Below are positions 35,925 through 45,763 of a stretch of 64,000 nucleotides of DNA, one piece after another (positions within the stretch are counted from its first letter, which is position 1; the number at the start of each line of letters is the position of its first letter). Both the position numbers and the translations under genes were made by a program. This DNA is from an uncultured Candidatus Saccharibacteria bacterium (lineage in GTDB: Bacteria; Patescibacteriota; Dojkabacteria; J137): contig CAZSKK010000001.1 in assembly GCA_964607415.1 (NCBI GenBank), positions 405,974 to 469,973 of the forward strand, read 5' to 3'. A model generated the notes under the pieces. The model was not told where the DNA came from and searched no databases. It saw nothing but the letters and a program-made list of their open reading frames with translations.

Positions 35925-36503
35925 ATGGGTATATTATTAGCTTGCATTGGTATAGTAGGCTTTGTTGCCTTATTACTGATTGTGTTCGTAATTTATGTCT
36001 TTAACTCACTTCAAAGGCAAAATGTATTAGTTGACGAGGCGTGGAGTGGAATTGATGTCCAATTAAAGAAAAGATTTGATTTGATTCCAAACATTGTAGA
36101 AACAGTTAAAGGATATGCAAAACACGAAAAAGAAACATTTGAAAAGATTGCTGGGCTTAGATCTGCAATGATGGGTGCTACTGATCCGAAAGAGCTCGGC
36201 AAACTTGAAGGTGAGCTTAGAGGTACCTTGAAAACTTTATTTGCTGTTGCCGAAAACTATCCTGAACTTAAAGCTAACGAAAATTTTATTCAGCTGCAAA
36301 CCACGTTGGAAACTATTGAAACAGAGCTTGAATCCGCAAGAAGATACTACAACGGAACTGTTCGAGATCTAAACAGAATGATTGTTGTGTTTCCAACAAA
36401 TATAGTTGCAAATTTTCTTAAATTAAAAAAGCGAGAGTTTTTTGAGGTAGAAAACGAAACTGAAAGACAAAATGTCAAAGTTGATTTCAACGATGCTAAG
36501 TAG
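35925..36503 (+). CDS. LemA-family protein
   Basis: N-terminal TM plus LemA core QNVLVDEAWSGIDVQLKKRFDLIPNIVETVKGYAKHEKETF...ENYPELKANENFIQLQ. Confidence 0.78.
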   Translation: MGILLACIGIVGFVALLLIVFVIYVFNSLQRQNVLVDEAWSGIDVQLKKRFDLIPNIVETVKGYAKHEKETFEKIAGLRSAMMGATDPKELGKLEGELRGTLKTLFAVAENYPELKANENFIQLQTTLETIETELESARRYYNGTVRDLNRMIVVFPTNIVANFLKLKKREFFEVENETERQNVKVDFNDAK

Positions 36504-36514
36504 AAATTGAACCT

Positions 36515-37177
36515 ATGAATCTTAAGGTTAAATTAAAAGCCCTGGATAAATTTATTTTTCCAGGGCTTTTTAAAGAGGATCAGCTTATTACACTCTTAAG
36601 AAAGGAAGTACTTCCAGAATGTAAAACGCTTTTAAACATTGGATGTGGTGGTGCTTCTCCAATTATTAGCTTCTCTAAAAAACTTGAATATAGTGTCGGT
36701 GTGGATGGTTTTAAACCCGCAATCGACTCCAGTAAGGCTCTAAAAATTCATAGTGAATATAGATATCAGGACGTAATGGACTCCTTGAAGGATTTTAATG
36801 ATAAATCTTTTGATGCCGCAATTGCTATCGATTTAATTGAACATTTAGAAATTGACCAGGGTAAAAAACTAATCTTAGAAATGATTAGGATTGCAAAGAA
36901 AAAAGTGATAATTTTTACTCCAAATGGGTTTGTTGATCAAGATGAATACAATAATAATGTATTACAAAAACATAAATCAGGTTGGAACCCCGAGTTTATG
37001 CAAAACCAAGGATTTGAAGTGTTCGGACTTAATGGATTAAAAAGTTTGAGAGGTAAACATGCTACATTCAGATTTAAACCTCAATTTATTTGGGCAAGAA
37101 TATCCTATCTTACACAACCTTTAGTGTTTAAACATCCCAAACAAGCTTTTCATATATTTTGCATCAGAAAACCATAA
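36515..37177 (+). CDS. class I SAM-dependent methyltransferase
   Basis: motif I LLNIGCGGASP, acidic AIDLIEHLE. Confidence 0.6.
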   Translation: MNLKVKLKALDKFIFPGLFKEDQLITLLRKEVLPECKTLLNIGCGGASPIISFSKKLEYSVGVDGFKPAIDSSKALKIHSEYRYQDVMDSLKDFNDKSFDAAIAIDLIEHLEIDQGKKLILEMIRIAKKKVIIFTPNGFVDQDEYNNNVLQKHKSGWNPEFMQNQGFEVFGLNGLKSLRGKHATFRFKPQFIWARISYLTQPLVFKHPKQAFHIFCIRKP

Positions 37178-37212
37178 AAAGTTGCCGGCTTGTAGTGACT
37201 TAATTACAGACT

Positions 37213-37881
37213 GTGGTAAAATTCTGCATGGCAACAATAGCAAGACAAGGTAGTTCTTCAAGTTTAAAATATGTGTATAGACGAATTGCAGCATTTCTGG
37301 CATTTGCTGTATTTTCAATTACAATCCCTCAGGTAAAAGACATATTTGAAAATATTCCCGGTACTATACCAGATAAAAGTAATCCTTCAAGAGGTGTTAG
37401 TTCTGAAGCACATTATATGAATACCTACTCAACAACTCGTTCTCAGGTTTCTTTAGTGGAAGAAAGTATAGACGGAACTTTACGCTTTACAATCGAAGAT
37501 AAAACTAATTTTGTAATAAGAGAAGTAACTAAATCGCAATTTGAAAATTTAATCAAGGAGATGGGCGATCAAGAAACTCCAAATAAAGTTGTCAAAAGAC
37601 AACTTAAGTTGTCCGAAGATCAAATTACTGCCTTTAATAATATTGGATTTGAGCCAATTGAATGTGAGGTTGTAGAAAATCTTGATACCAGCAATACTAC
37701 CGCGGTAAATATAAGACTTTCTGATAGATATATACCTGATCAAACTTGGGAAATAAATTTAAATGGAGACGAATCAGAAGTATTTGCAAGGATAGAAAAT
37801 CCTGAAGAGGTTTTAACAATGCCACTTCCACAATTTGATGAAATGAACAAACCTACTTTCGTGGAACTGTGTGAGGGTTAG
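37213..37881 (+). CDS. hypothetical protein (possibly secreted)
   Basis: ORF only; hydrophobic N-terminal segment. Confidence 0.35.
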   Translation: MVKFCMATIARQGSSSSLKYVYRRIAAFLAFAVFSITIPQVKDIFENIPGTIPDKSNPSRGVSSEAHYMNTYSTTRSQVSLVEESIDGTLRFTIEDKTNFVIREVTKSQFENLIKEMGDQETPNKVVKRQLKLSEDQITAFNNIGFEPIECEVVENLDTSNTTAVNIRLSDRYIPDQTWEINLNGDESEVFARIENPEEVLTMPLPQFDEMNKPTFVELCEG

Positions 37882-38780
37882 GCTTTTATCACAAATATCT
37901 GATAGTAATTGTTCTTACATTCATCTGAGCAAAACGATTTTCCATTCTCATCCAAGCAATTCTCACAGCAAATAAAATGTCTATGTCCCTTACAATGAAT
38001 GTAGTCACAATCAACATAGTTATCTGAAGATTTGCCGCATTTATCACACTTACCTACGATTACATGATTCTTTGAATCCGTATCGAATCCCATTGCCACC
38101 CTTCCATCGAAAACATATAATTTCCCCAAAAAGTCCTCGTTAGGATATTTTTCCATATAACTTACAATACCATCTTTGAGCTGAGATACATCATTAAAAC
38201 CTTTTTTTACCAAATACCCTGAAGCCTTTTCACACCTAACTCCACCTGTACATACTGTAATGATCTTTTTATCTTTTAAATGGGCGATATCTCCTACTAT
38301 ATTGGGTAGATCTCTAAAATTGCTTAGAGCCGGTAGAATTGAGTTTTTGAAATATCCAACCTTATGCTCATAATCATTTCTCATATCAATTATATAAAAC
38401 TCATCTCCCGACTTAAATAAATCATGAAGCTCTTCGGCCGAAATGTACTTACCTGTTGTTTCGATAGGGCTAAAGTCTTCTTCTCCAAGATGCAAACTTA
38501 CAATTTCTGGCCTAACTTTTACCGATATTCGAGGAAATGCATTGCCCGTTCCAGTGCTTTTCTTATACCTCATATCTGCAAACCTGCTATCATTTTGCAT
38601 ATTTTGAATATATCTTTCTGTATCTTCAATCTTTCCTTCCAAAGTACCATTGATGCCTTCTTTAGCTACAATAATTCTGGATTTTAGATTCAAATTTTTG
38701 CAAAGTTCAATTTGATCCTGTCTTAGCTTTTCCGGATCATCTATATTTACATATTTGTAGTATAAAAGAATTTGGAACAT
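37878..38780 (-). CDS. trhO: rhodanese-domain tRNA U34 hydroxylase TrhO (UPF0176/YceA family)
   Basis: AKEGINGTLEG, YIIDMRNDYEHKVGYFKNS, active-site CTGGVRCEKASGYL, Cys-rich C-terminus. Confidence 0.8.
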   Translation of the reverse strand: MFQILLYYKYVNIDDPEKLRQDQIELCKNLNLKSRIIVAKEGINGTLEGKIEDTERYIQNMQNDSRFADMRYKKSTGTGNAFPRISVKVRPEIVSLHLGEEDFSPIETTGKYISAEELHDLFKSGDEFYIIDMRNDYEHKVGYFKNSILPALSNFRDLPNIVGDIAHLKDKKIITVCTGGVRCEKASGYLVKKGFNDVSQLKDGIVSYMEKYPNEDFLGKLYVFDGRVAMGFDTDSKNHVIVGKCDKCGKSSDNYVDCDYIHCKGHRHFICCENCLDENGKSFCSDECKNNYYQIFVIKA

Positions 38781-38877
38781 AAGGTATTATTTATGCTGAT
38801 TTAATAAATGAAATTATACACAAGGGGCGCTTGAACATGCAACTACCTACCATTATGATCTCATGCGATATTACAAT

Positions 38878-40656
38878 TTATTTTGTAGGGACAGCAAGAT
38901 AATCTTTGATAGCTGCAAACGTTTCTAACCAAACAAGCCTGGTGTTATTGTAAGCAATTTTGGCACCTTGCGGCTTTTGAGGTTTTTCAAGTCTCACAAA
39001 CATTACGAACTTTCTTTCTGGCGATCCATCAAACCCAACATATGTTCCATTAATGTCATCGGTGTATCCAGTACTTTCAGCTATAAGCGCAGTTCCTGAT
39101 TTCATTCCAATATTGTAGTTCAATAAGTCATGATAATAATATTCGTACATTCCAATACTTGCTTGAAATCCTCTATGCATTATGTCTATCATCGTATTTG
39201 CAGTTTCTTCTTTAATAACTCTTTCTACTTGTTCTGGTTTATACTCTCTTACATTGCCTTCACTATCCTCAACCTTGGTTACAATATATGGCTTCATCCT
39301 AACACCTTTATTTGGAATTGCACCAACTCCGGCTGTAGCCTGGACAGCGTTAATTAAATAACCATGTCCATATGAGTAAGCTGAAACATCTCCTGTATTC
39401 CACTGCACATAGTTTTTTAAGTTACCTATAGATTCTCCTGTAAGATCAATTCCAGTTGAATTCCCAACTCCAAATGCCTTAAGGTAATTATACATATCTA
39501 ATCTTTCCATTTTTTCTGCCAGATGATAAAAGCATAAATTATCAGATTTTATAAAACATTCTGTTACACTCATGGCAGGTTGTGGTTTTTTATCCCATGT
39601 ACACACAGGAAGCAAATCTCTATGAATTTTTTCGCAACCTTGGTGACCATTTGGAAGAACAACACTGTCAGGTGTTACGACACCCAAATCTAAGGCAGAA
39701 GATAATGTAAAAGTCTTTCCAACCGATCCAATTTCAAAAGGAGAAGAAATTGCTATATTACCAAACTTTGAAGGGTCAGTTTCTCTAACATTAGGGTCAA
39801 AGGTTGGATAATTAGCCAAAGCCATTATTTGGCCTGTCTTAGGATCCATAACAACAATTGTTCCCGATTTAGCTTCATAATTCTCAACGCCCCATTTTAC
39901 TTTTTCCTCAATAATTTGTTGAAGTTTCTTATCAATTGATGTATAGATTGAGCTACCATTTTTTGGCTCAATTGTAGGAAGCAGTGCCGTAGAAATTACC
40001 TCACCAATAGCATTATCTTCTTGGATAACGTAACCTTTGATTGGGTTCAATACACCATCCCAGTAAGCTTCTAATCCGCTTTGACCAATAACTTCATCTT
40101 TATAATTTTTAGTAAGACCAATTACTTGTGAGGCTAGCACTCCTTCCGGGTATTTTCTTTGTGTAGAAACTTCAAATGTGTATCCACCTAAAAATCTTTT
40201 AACATTTCTCTCTGTTTTTAAATTTGTAAGTTCTTCCCATTTTTCTGAGGATAGACCTTTTGCAACTTGAAACCATTTGATGTTATTTTTTATGTAGTAA
40301 TTATCAATAACTTCTTGAAGATTTTCAGATGATGTATCAATAATTGGTGCAACCTTTGCAAGAAATTCCTCTCTGGTTTGAAACCCTTTATCCTCAAAAA
40401 ATAAAAGATCATCCATCCAGATATACATATCAAAAGTTACTTCCGAGTATGAAAGTGTAGTCCCATCCCTTGCATAAATTGTTCCTCTAACGGAATTTAT
40501 TTCTGAACTATAAATCTTGTTCTTTTGAATTTCTTCAAATTTTGCCGACTGTACTATTTGCAACCTAGCAGAAGCAATTATTAAACTTGCTGCAAATATA
40601 AATCCTAGAAAATAAATTTTTTTTAGTTTTTTTCTCAATGAAATTTCCTTTGCCAT
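38878..40656 (-). CDS. ftsI: class B penicillin-binding protein (FtsI/PBP2-type transpeptidase)
   Basis: N-terminal TM anchor, SxxK (SVGK), SDN (KSDN), K[ST]G (KSGT) motifs; position after ftsL in dcw order. Confidence 0.78.
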   Translation of the reverse strand: MAKEISLRKKLKKIYFLGFIFAASLIIASARLQIVQSAKFEEIQKNKIYSSEINSVRGTIYARDGTTLSYSEVTFDMYIWMDDLLFFEDKGFQTREEFLAKVAPIIDTSSENLQEVIDNYYIKNNIKWFQVAKGLSSEKWEELTNLKTERNVKRFLGGYTFEVSTQRKYPEGVLASQVIGLTKNYKDEVIGQSGLEAYWDGVLNPIKGYVIQEDNAIGEVISTALLPTIEPKNGSSIYTSIDKKLQQIIEEKVKWGVENYEAKSGTIVVMDPKTGQIMALANYPTFDPNVRETDPSKFGNIAISSPFEIGSVGKTFTLSSALDLGVVTPDSVVLPNGHQGCEKIHRDLLPVCTWDKKPQPAMSVTECFIKSDNLCFYHLAEKMERLDMYNYLKAFGVGNSTGIDLTGESIGNLKNYVQWNTGDVSAYSYGHGYLINAVQATAGVGAIPNKGVRMKPYIVTKVEDSEGNVREYKPEQVERVIKEETANTMIDIMHRGFQASIGMYEYYYHDLLNYNIGMKSGTALIAESTGYTDDINGTYVGFDGSPERKFVMFVRLEKPQKPQGAKIAYNNTRLVWLETFAAIKDYLAVPTK

Positions 40657-40661
40657 CTCTA

Positions 40662-40976
40662 TTACGGTATTAACGCTACATCTTCATTTTCAGGATTAGT
40701 TAAGAAGTTTACACTTTTAGACTCAAGCCCTTTTTTTTCAATTAAAGGACTTATATTTTTAAACGATTTCATGTCATCAATTTCTGCATTCAGAATTTCA
40801 TTTTCCAATCTTAATTCTGATTTTTTTTCTCTAATTGCTTCTAGCTCTGAACTTTTTGTTCCCAACATTGAAGTAATAGCAATTTGAAAAATAAAAAATA
40901 GTGCCATCAATACCAGGTTGAAGGCAATAAGTCTTTTGTTAAATTTTTTGAAAATTAAGGTGTTGGATTCTCTCAT
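40662..40976 (-). CDS. FtsL-like small cell-division membrane protein
   Basis: 104 aa, single TM plus coiled coil, sits between rsmH and ftsI. Confidence 0.5.
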   Translation of the reverse strand: MRESNTLIFKKFNKRLIAFNLVLMALFFIFQIAITSMLGTKSSELEAIREKKSELRLENEILNAEIDDMKSFKNISPLIEKKGLESKSVNFLTNPENEDVALIP

Positions 40977-41956
40977 TTTATTTTTTGTATTGCCCAGAGT
41001 TTTGCACTTCTGGCTCTTAGGTTTAAAGTTAATTCTTCAACAGTTGGAGTTTTGAAATAGTCGCCAAAACTTCCAACTAATGATTTGTATTTATTGGTAG
41101 ATAAAACCTTCTTAACACTATCTTCTACAAACCTTTCTTCAATGCTATGAAAAGTAATGAATGTTACCAATCCGTTTAAAGATAGTTCCGAATAAATGTT
41201 TTTCAAGAGTTCTTCAAGTGAAAGAAGTTCCTGATTAACAGCAATTCTTAGCGCTTGAAAAACTCTTGCCTTATTTTTTAAAGATGCTCGCGAACCATAA
41301 CTTTCTTTTCCCCAAAGTTTTTCAATAATTTGGGTGAGATCTTTAGTTTTTAAAAAAGGTTTTTGTTTTCTTAACTTTAATATTTCATTTACTAGTTTAC
41401 TGTTTTCACTCCCTTTTATATCTGCGTACCTATCAAACATTTTAGAAAGCTCGGTCTTATTTAAAACATTCAAAAGATCCGAAGCCTTCACCCCTAAACT
41501 TTTATCTAGTCTCATATCCAACTCTTCTTCATTTTTATCGAATGAAAGCCCTTCGATTTTTCCAAGTTGATCCGTGGACCACCCTAAGTCTACAATAACT
41601 CCATCAAGTGACTTAATTTTCAGAAACTTTAAATTTTCTTCAAGTCTTGAGAAATTACTGTTTACTAAAACTACTTTTAAACTTTTATTTTTTATGTAAA
41701 CTTGGGTGTTCTCTTCTTTGTGAACTTCTTGCAATTTAAAATTATTTGTCCTGAGTCTTTTTTCAAATTCCCCAATAGCATTTTTATCAATATCAAAACA
41801 AATCAATGTACCTTTAGTCAGCTTTTCTAAAATCATCCATGAATGGCCACCGCTTCCAAGTGTTAAATCAGCAAAAACCTTACCGTTTGTAACACAAAGA
41901 AGCTTTTCTATTTCCTTTTTAAAAACAGGAATGTGCTCCATTATTCTATAATTCAA
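40973..41956 (-). CDS. rsmH: 16S rRNA (cytosine1402-N4)-methyltransferase RsmH (MraW)
   Basis: HIPVF, DLTLGSGGHS motifs. Confidence 0.9.
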   Translation of the reverse strand: MNYRIMEHIPVFKKEIEKLLCVTNGKVFADLTLGSGGHSWMILEKLTKGTLICFDIDKNAIGEFEKRLRTNNFKLQEVHKEENTQVYIKNKSLKVVLVNSNFSRLEENLKFLKIKSLDGVIVDLGWSTDQLGKIEGLSFDKNEEELDMRLDKSLGVKASDLLNVLNKTELSKMFDRYADIKGSENSKLVNEILKLRKQKPFLKTKDLTQIIEKLWGKESYGSRASLKNKARVFQALRIAVNQELLSLEELLKNIYSELSLNGLVTFITFHSIEERFVEDSVKKVLSTNKYKSLVGSFGDYFKTPTVEELTLNLRARSAKLWAIQKIK

Positions 41957-41968
41957 AATTAGTATTCC

Positions 41969-42388
41969 TTATTTAAGACCTTCGGCAATACCTTCAATAT
42001 TCCTTGATAAATTTTCAAGATGTTCTTCCCATTCTTCAAAATCCCAAAGTTCAAACCATTCACCTACACCAATAAAAACTACCCTATTTTTTAAATGTGC
42101 AAATTTTATTAATGACTCCGGTATTACAAATCTCCCTTGTGAATCAAGTTCAATTTCTTGCATTCCACCCACCAAAAATCTTTTTAGTTCCCTTACGTCT
42201 TTACTTACTAGACTGGGAAACTTAAAGTCATTTTTTACTTTGTTCCAAGATACTTGATCCAAAAGCATTAAACTTTTTTCAAAGCCTCTTGTAATTAACA
42301 AAGTGTCGTTAACTTTATCCCTTAATTTTTTAGGGATAGCTATTCTATTTTTTTCTCCTATTTGAGAATAATATTCACCTATGAACAT
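41969..42388 (-). CDS. mraZ: transcriptional regulator MraZ
   Basis: MFIGEYYSQIGEKNRIAIPKKLR and duplicated MraZ half-domain. Confidence 0.85.
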   Translation of the reverse strand: MFIGEYYSQIGEKNRIAIPKKLRDKVNDTLLITRGFEKSLMLLDQVSWNKVKNDFKFPSLVSKDVRELKRFLVGGMQEIELDSQGRFVIPESLIKFAHLKNRVVFIGVGEWFELWDFEEWEEHLENLSRNIEGIAEGLK

Positions 42389-42462
42389 TGAAAAAGAGGT
42401 AAGTGGAAAGATTTACAGTAAAAATAGTTAAAAGTGCATTGACTGTAAATGAAATTTGGCAG

Positions 42463-42481
42463 TTTCACCACTTTTCACCAC
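42463..42481 (-). promoter_or_regulatory. candidate MraZ operator: two direct repeats GTGGTGAAAA spaced 10 bp (minus-strand reading)
   Basis: plus strand shows tttcaccac-t-tttcaccac about 75-95 nt upstream of mraZ start; GTGG direct repeats with 10-nt phasing are the known MraZ-box architecture. Confidence 0.5.
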
Positions 42482-42750
42482 TTCTTCATAGATATATATT
42501 ATAGATATTTAAAATTTGTGTCAAGAAAAAGCTGGAAGAATTTATGAATATTGAACGTTTAAAGATTAGGGGATGTAAGATGATTTGTGGCAGAAACAAG
42601 GTTTTAACTCGAAACAACTTTTAAGAAGAAACTGGAAGACCAAAACCGGAGAGCAGATATAAAGATTATATGAATCACTAATTCAAAAATAAAATACGGT
42701 TAAAAACTGAAAACCATTTTTGTTCCATATCTTTTAATTCCTCGCTACCA

Positions 42751-44733
42751 TCATTTTATTTTCCATTCCCAAACATTTCTAAATCTGTCCTCCACACTTA
42801 CTTTGCCCTCAAGATCAATGTTTTTAAGCTTGTTGCTGTAGTAGTAGATATATTGAGGGTGGTAAAGAAAAACAACAGGAGCATCTGCAGCTAACAATTC
42901 TTGAAAAGAATCGTAATTAATTTTCCTCGAGTCCTTTGCGGCATCTGGATCAAAAGTTCTTGTTTGCTCTAAAAGTCTATCGACCTTTGGAAGTCTAACA
43001 ATACTACTTTCACCTTCCTGCCTATTTTCTCTTGGCTTAACTGTTTCTTCCGATCCTTGATATCCCGCAATGTTTAGTCCTGGATGAACCTGTTGACTGC
43101 TATGAAAAAGTTCATATCGATCTGGATCTATAAAAGTATTCATTCCGTAAAGCAATACATCAAATGATCTTGGGGCTAGAAGTTCATTATTTAGCTCATT
43201 CAGTGACCAACCAGAACTGGCAGTTGGTGAAGTATCCTGCCCTGTTTGTTGCCTTCTATCTATAATCACATTTATTCCAATATTTTCTAGATCCTGCTTT
43301 ATAGCTTTAGCTACATTTAGTCGATCGAAGCTATCTACAAAATACAAGGCAAATTTCAGTTCTTGTCCGGTCTCATTTGTTCTGTATTTACTACCTGCTT
43401 TTAAAACCCAACCAGCTTCATCCAGCAACTGTTTTGCAAGATTTGGATTGTACGTATACCAGCCAGCATTGGCATTAAAAAAGTAAGATCTTTGCTGAAT
43501 AGGTCCAAATGCTTCTTGACCAGCACCTAAAAGTGCATTATTTATTATGTTTTGCCTATCAATCCCAGAAGAAATTGCCCGTCTTACTTTAACGTCTTGC
43601 AGAAATTCAGGACCAATAGATTTGCCGTCAGGGTTTTTTCTAAGATTAAAATATAATCCCCAATATTGCGAGTCTATGACAGAACTTTTCTGGATTACAA
43701 TCTTTGAATAGGACTTAACTTCATTTAAATACTCTACTGAAACCGCAGCTAGCGTATGTACCTCACCATTTTCGATGGCCGTAATAGCATCTCTTAAGTT
43801 TTTGTAAAATCTGAAGTCTATCTTTCTTATAGAAGGAACCTGATCTAAATTATAATAATCGTTATTAGCCTCAAGCGTAACTTGATCATCACTAGCCCCT
43901 GCAAATTTATATCTGCCTGTACCAATTGGTGATCTAAAAAGCATTGGTACCGCAGTGTTAACAGTTTGAGAATTTATATCTGCAATGTACTTTTGAGGTA
44001 AAATTTTAATACTGATTAATTCCAGAAAGTTCGAAAAGATAGGGTTATTAAGTCTTTGATCGCATGATAGATCTTCTTCTCCTTGAGATTTAGTACAAAC
44101 CCTCAAGTTGTAATCATCAATTTTTTCCCATTGCAGTTGACTAATCGCTTTAATGTATGCGTTTGAAACGTTTAGCTTGGATACTGTTTCAAAAGTTGAG
44201 ATAACATCATCTGCTGTGAAAATAGAACCGTCATGCCATTTTACATTTCTTCTTAGCTGAAACTGATAATCTGCTCCTTGTCTTATTCTGATTACTTCAC
44301 TAGCCAAAACACCTTCTACAGAAACTGTCCAGCTCTTATCTTCCTTTTGAACAAACTCATACCTAATTAAAGGCTCATAGATAAGTTCTATTAGGTCCTT
44401 TTCCAGCTGAATATTAGAAGGGACTACAGGGTTAACTTTATTTAGTCTCTGAATATTTCCATCACTATCCACCCCCATCACAACCGCCTCTACTAACTTA
44501 GTATCGTGTAAGCCGAGTACCTGTGAGATTGGATTTAGTAAAATTGTGATAGAAAAAAGTACGATTAGAAAAGCTGAAAGCAAAAAATGTGAGAACGGGA
44601 TTGAAACTTTATAGAACCTTGTTATATGATATCTTAAAGAATTTTTTTCGGAAAGCATTAAGTCAGGATACTCCCAAAGAAGATCCCTGGCTTTGTAAAT
44701 AATGTTTTCGAGTAATTTTAATGGATTAGGCAT
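42751..44733 (-). CDS. membrane-anchored extracellular solute-binding protein, family 5 (peptide/nickel ABC SBP-like), tentative
   Basis: size and domain-length pattern; N-terminal cytoplasmic segment plus TM; no adjacent permease genes. Confidence 0.4.
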   Translation of the reverse strand: MPNPLKLLENIIYKARDLLWEYPDLMLSEKNSLRYHITRFYKVSIPFSHFLLSAFLIVLFSITILLNPISQVLGLHDTKLVEAVVMGVDSDGNIQRLNKVNPVVPSNIQLEKDLIELIYEPLIRYEFVQKEDKSWTVSVEGVLASEVIRIRQGADYQFQLRRNVKWHDGSIFTADDVISTFETVSKLNVSNAYIKAISQLQWEKIDDYNLRVCTKSQGEEDLSCDQRLNNPIFSNFLELISIKILPQKYIADINSQTVNTAVPMLFRSPIGTGRYKFAGASDDQVTLEANNDYYNLDQVPSIRKIDFRFYKNLRDAITAIENGEVHTLAAVSVEYLNEVKSYSKIVIQKSSVIDSQYWGLYFNLRKNPDGKSIGPEFLQDVKVRRAISSGIDRQNIINNALLGAGQEAFGPIQQRSYFFNANAGWYTYNPNLAKQLLDEAGWVLKAGSKYRTNETGQELKFALYFVDSFDRLNVAKAIKQDLENIGINVIIDRRQQTGQDTSPTASSGWSLNELNNELLAPRSFDVLLYGMNTFIDPDRYELFHSSQQVHPGLNIAGYQGSEETVKPRENRQEGESSIVRLPKVDRLLEQTRTFDPDAAKDSRKINYDSFQELLAADAPVVFLYHPQYIYYYSNKLKNIDLEGKVSVEDRFRNVWEWKIK

Positions 44734-44959
44734 TTACAACAGCAATTGAAATTGCAAGTATACCAAATAGAATTCCAAGAATAATAGTGCTGTTATATAA
44801 AAAAGCTTCCAGGCCTCTTTTAGATCGGTAAAACTCCCCCCCACTCACTCCACCAAAAACCTGCCCTATACCTCCTCCTCTTACTTGAAGAACAACTGTA
44901 AAAACGAGAAGTACAGAAACTATAGCAATTGCATATTTTAGAATATCCGATAAATTCAT
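44726..44959 (-). CDS. secG: preprotein translocase subunit SecG
   Basis: 77 aa, two TM, LLVFTVVLQVRGGGIGQVFGG matches SecG (LQQGKGA..G..FGGG). Confidence 0.7.
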   Translation of the reverse strand: MNLSDILKYAIAIVSVLLVFTVVLQVRGGGIGQVFGGVSGGEFYRSKRGLEAFLYNSTIILGILFGILAISIAVVNA

Positions 44960-45051
44960 CTTAAATGCTAATAAAGAATAAATATTAATATGTGTCGTAA
45001 CATTAAAAAATTATAATGTTGTAAAGTTCTGTAGTTACAACGTTATAACGC

Positions 45052-45453
45052 TTATTTGCTTTTACTCATCGTATCTAGCACAACACTTAACACAGCAGAA
45101 GTAACACTCAAAACCACAAGTGCAACTGTTTTATCTTTTAGAGTAAATGTTAAGTCAGAGATTCCGAAATTTACACTGCCGCCAGAAATAGTAATGAACT
45201 CAATTACATAAAGCCCTAAAAAGAAAAACAGAAATGAGGCTATAACTCCTATCAATAACAAAGAGCCAGTATTGACAGGAATTTTTAAAAATTTAAGAAA
45301 GTTTGGTAATAACATCATAACTACTCCAAAGATAGTACCTACAATTACTTTATCTAAAACGGTGTTATCGTTAACATTGATTGTTCCTGCAAATATTGCA
45401 ACAAGAAAAAAGAATAATAAAAGATTTCTTATTACTACGTAGGCTTGTTTCAT
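45052..45453 (-). CDS. integral membrane protein, unknown
   Basis: 4 predicted TM helices. Confidence 0.35.
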   Translation of the reverse strand: MKQAYVVIRNLLLFFFLVAIFAGTINVNDNTVLDKVIVGTIFGVVMMLLPNFLKFLKIPVNTGSLLLIGVIASFLFFFLGLYVIEFITISGGSVNFGISDLTFTLKDKTVALVVLSVTSAVLSVVLDTMSKSK

Positions 45454-45763
45454 CTGTAAGAAATAAATAAAAAGTAATTTGTATATCTATAATTTTAACA
45501 ACAACAGGACAATATGGCTAGATAGCGAGAAAAGATTCAAGAATTAAGATTAAGGAATAGTTTTGGATTTAGTCCGTAAGTTTCCAAACCAAATTATATT
45601 CCGCCACAAGCTTGTAATGATATTAATCATAGAAGCCTAAACTTGCCAATCACAAAGCTCAAAGCATTCAAAATAATATAAAAATCGAAATGACTAATCT
45701 AGAACTTAAGTTTTAATATTAGGATATTATTTTGATGTTTGAACTTTGATGTTAACCTCACAG

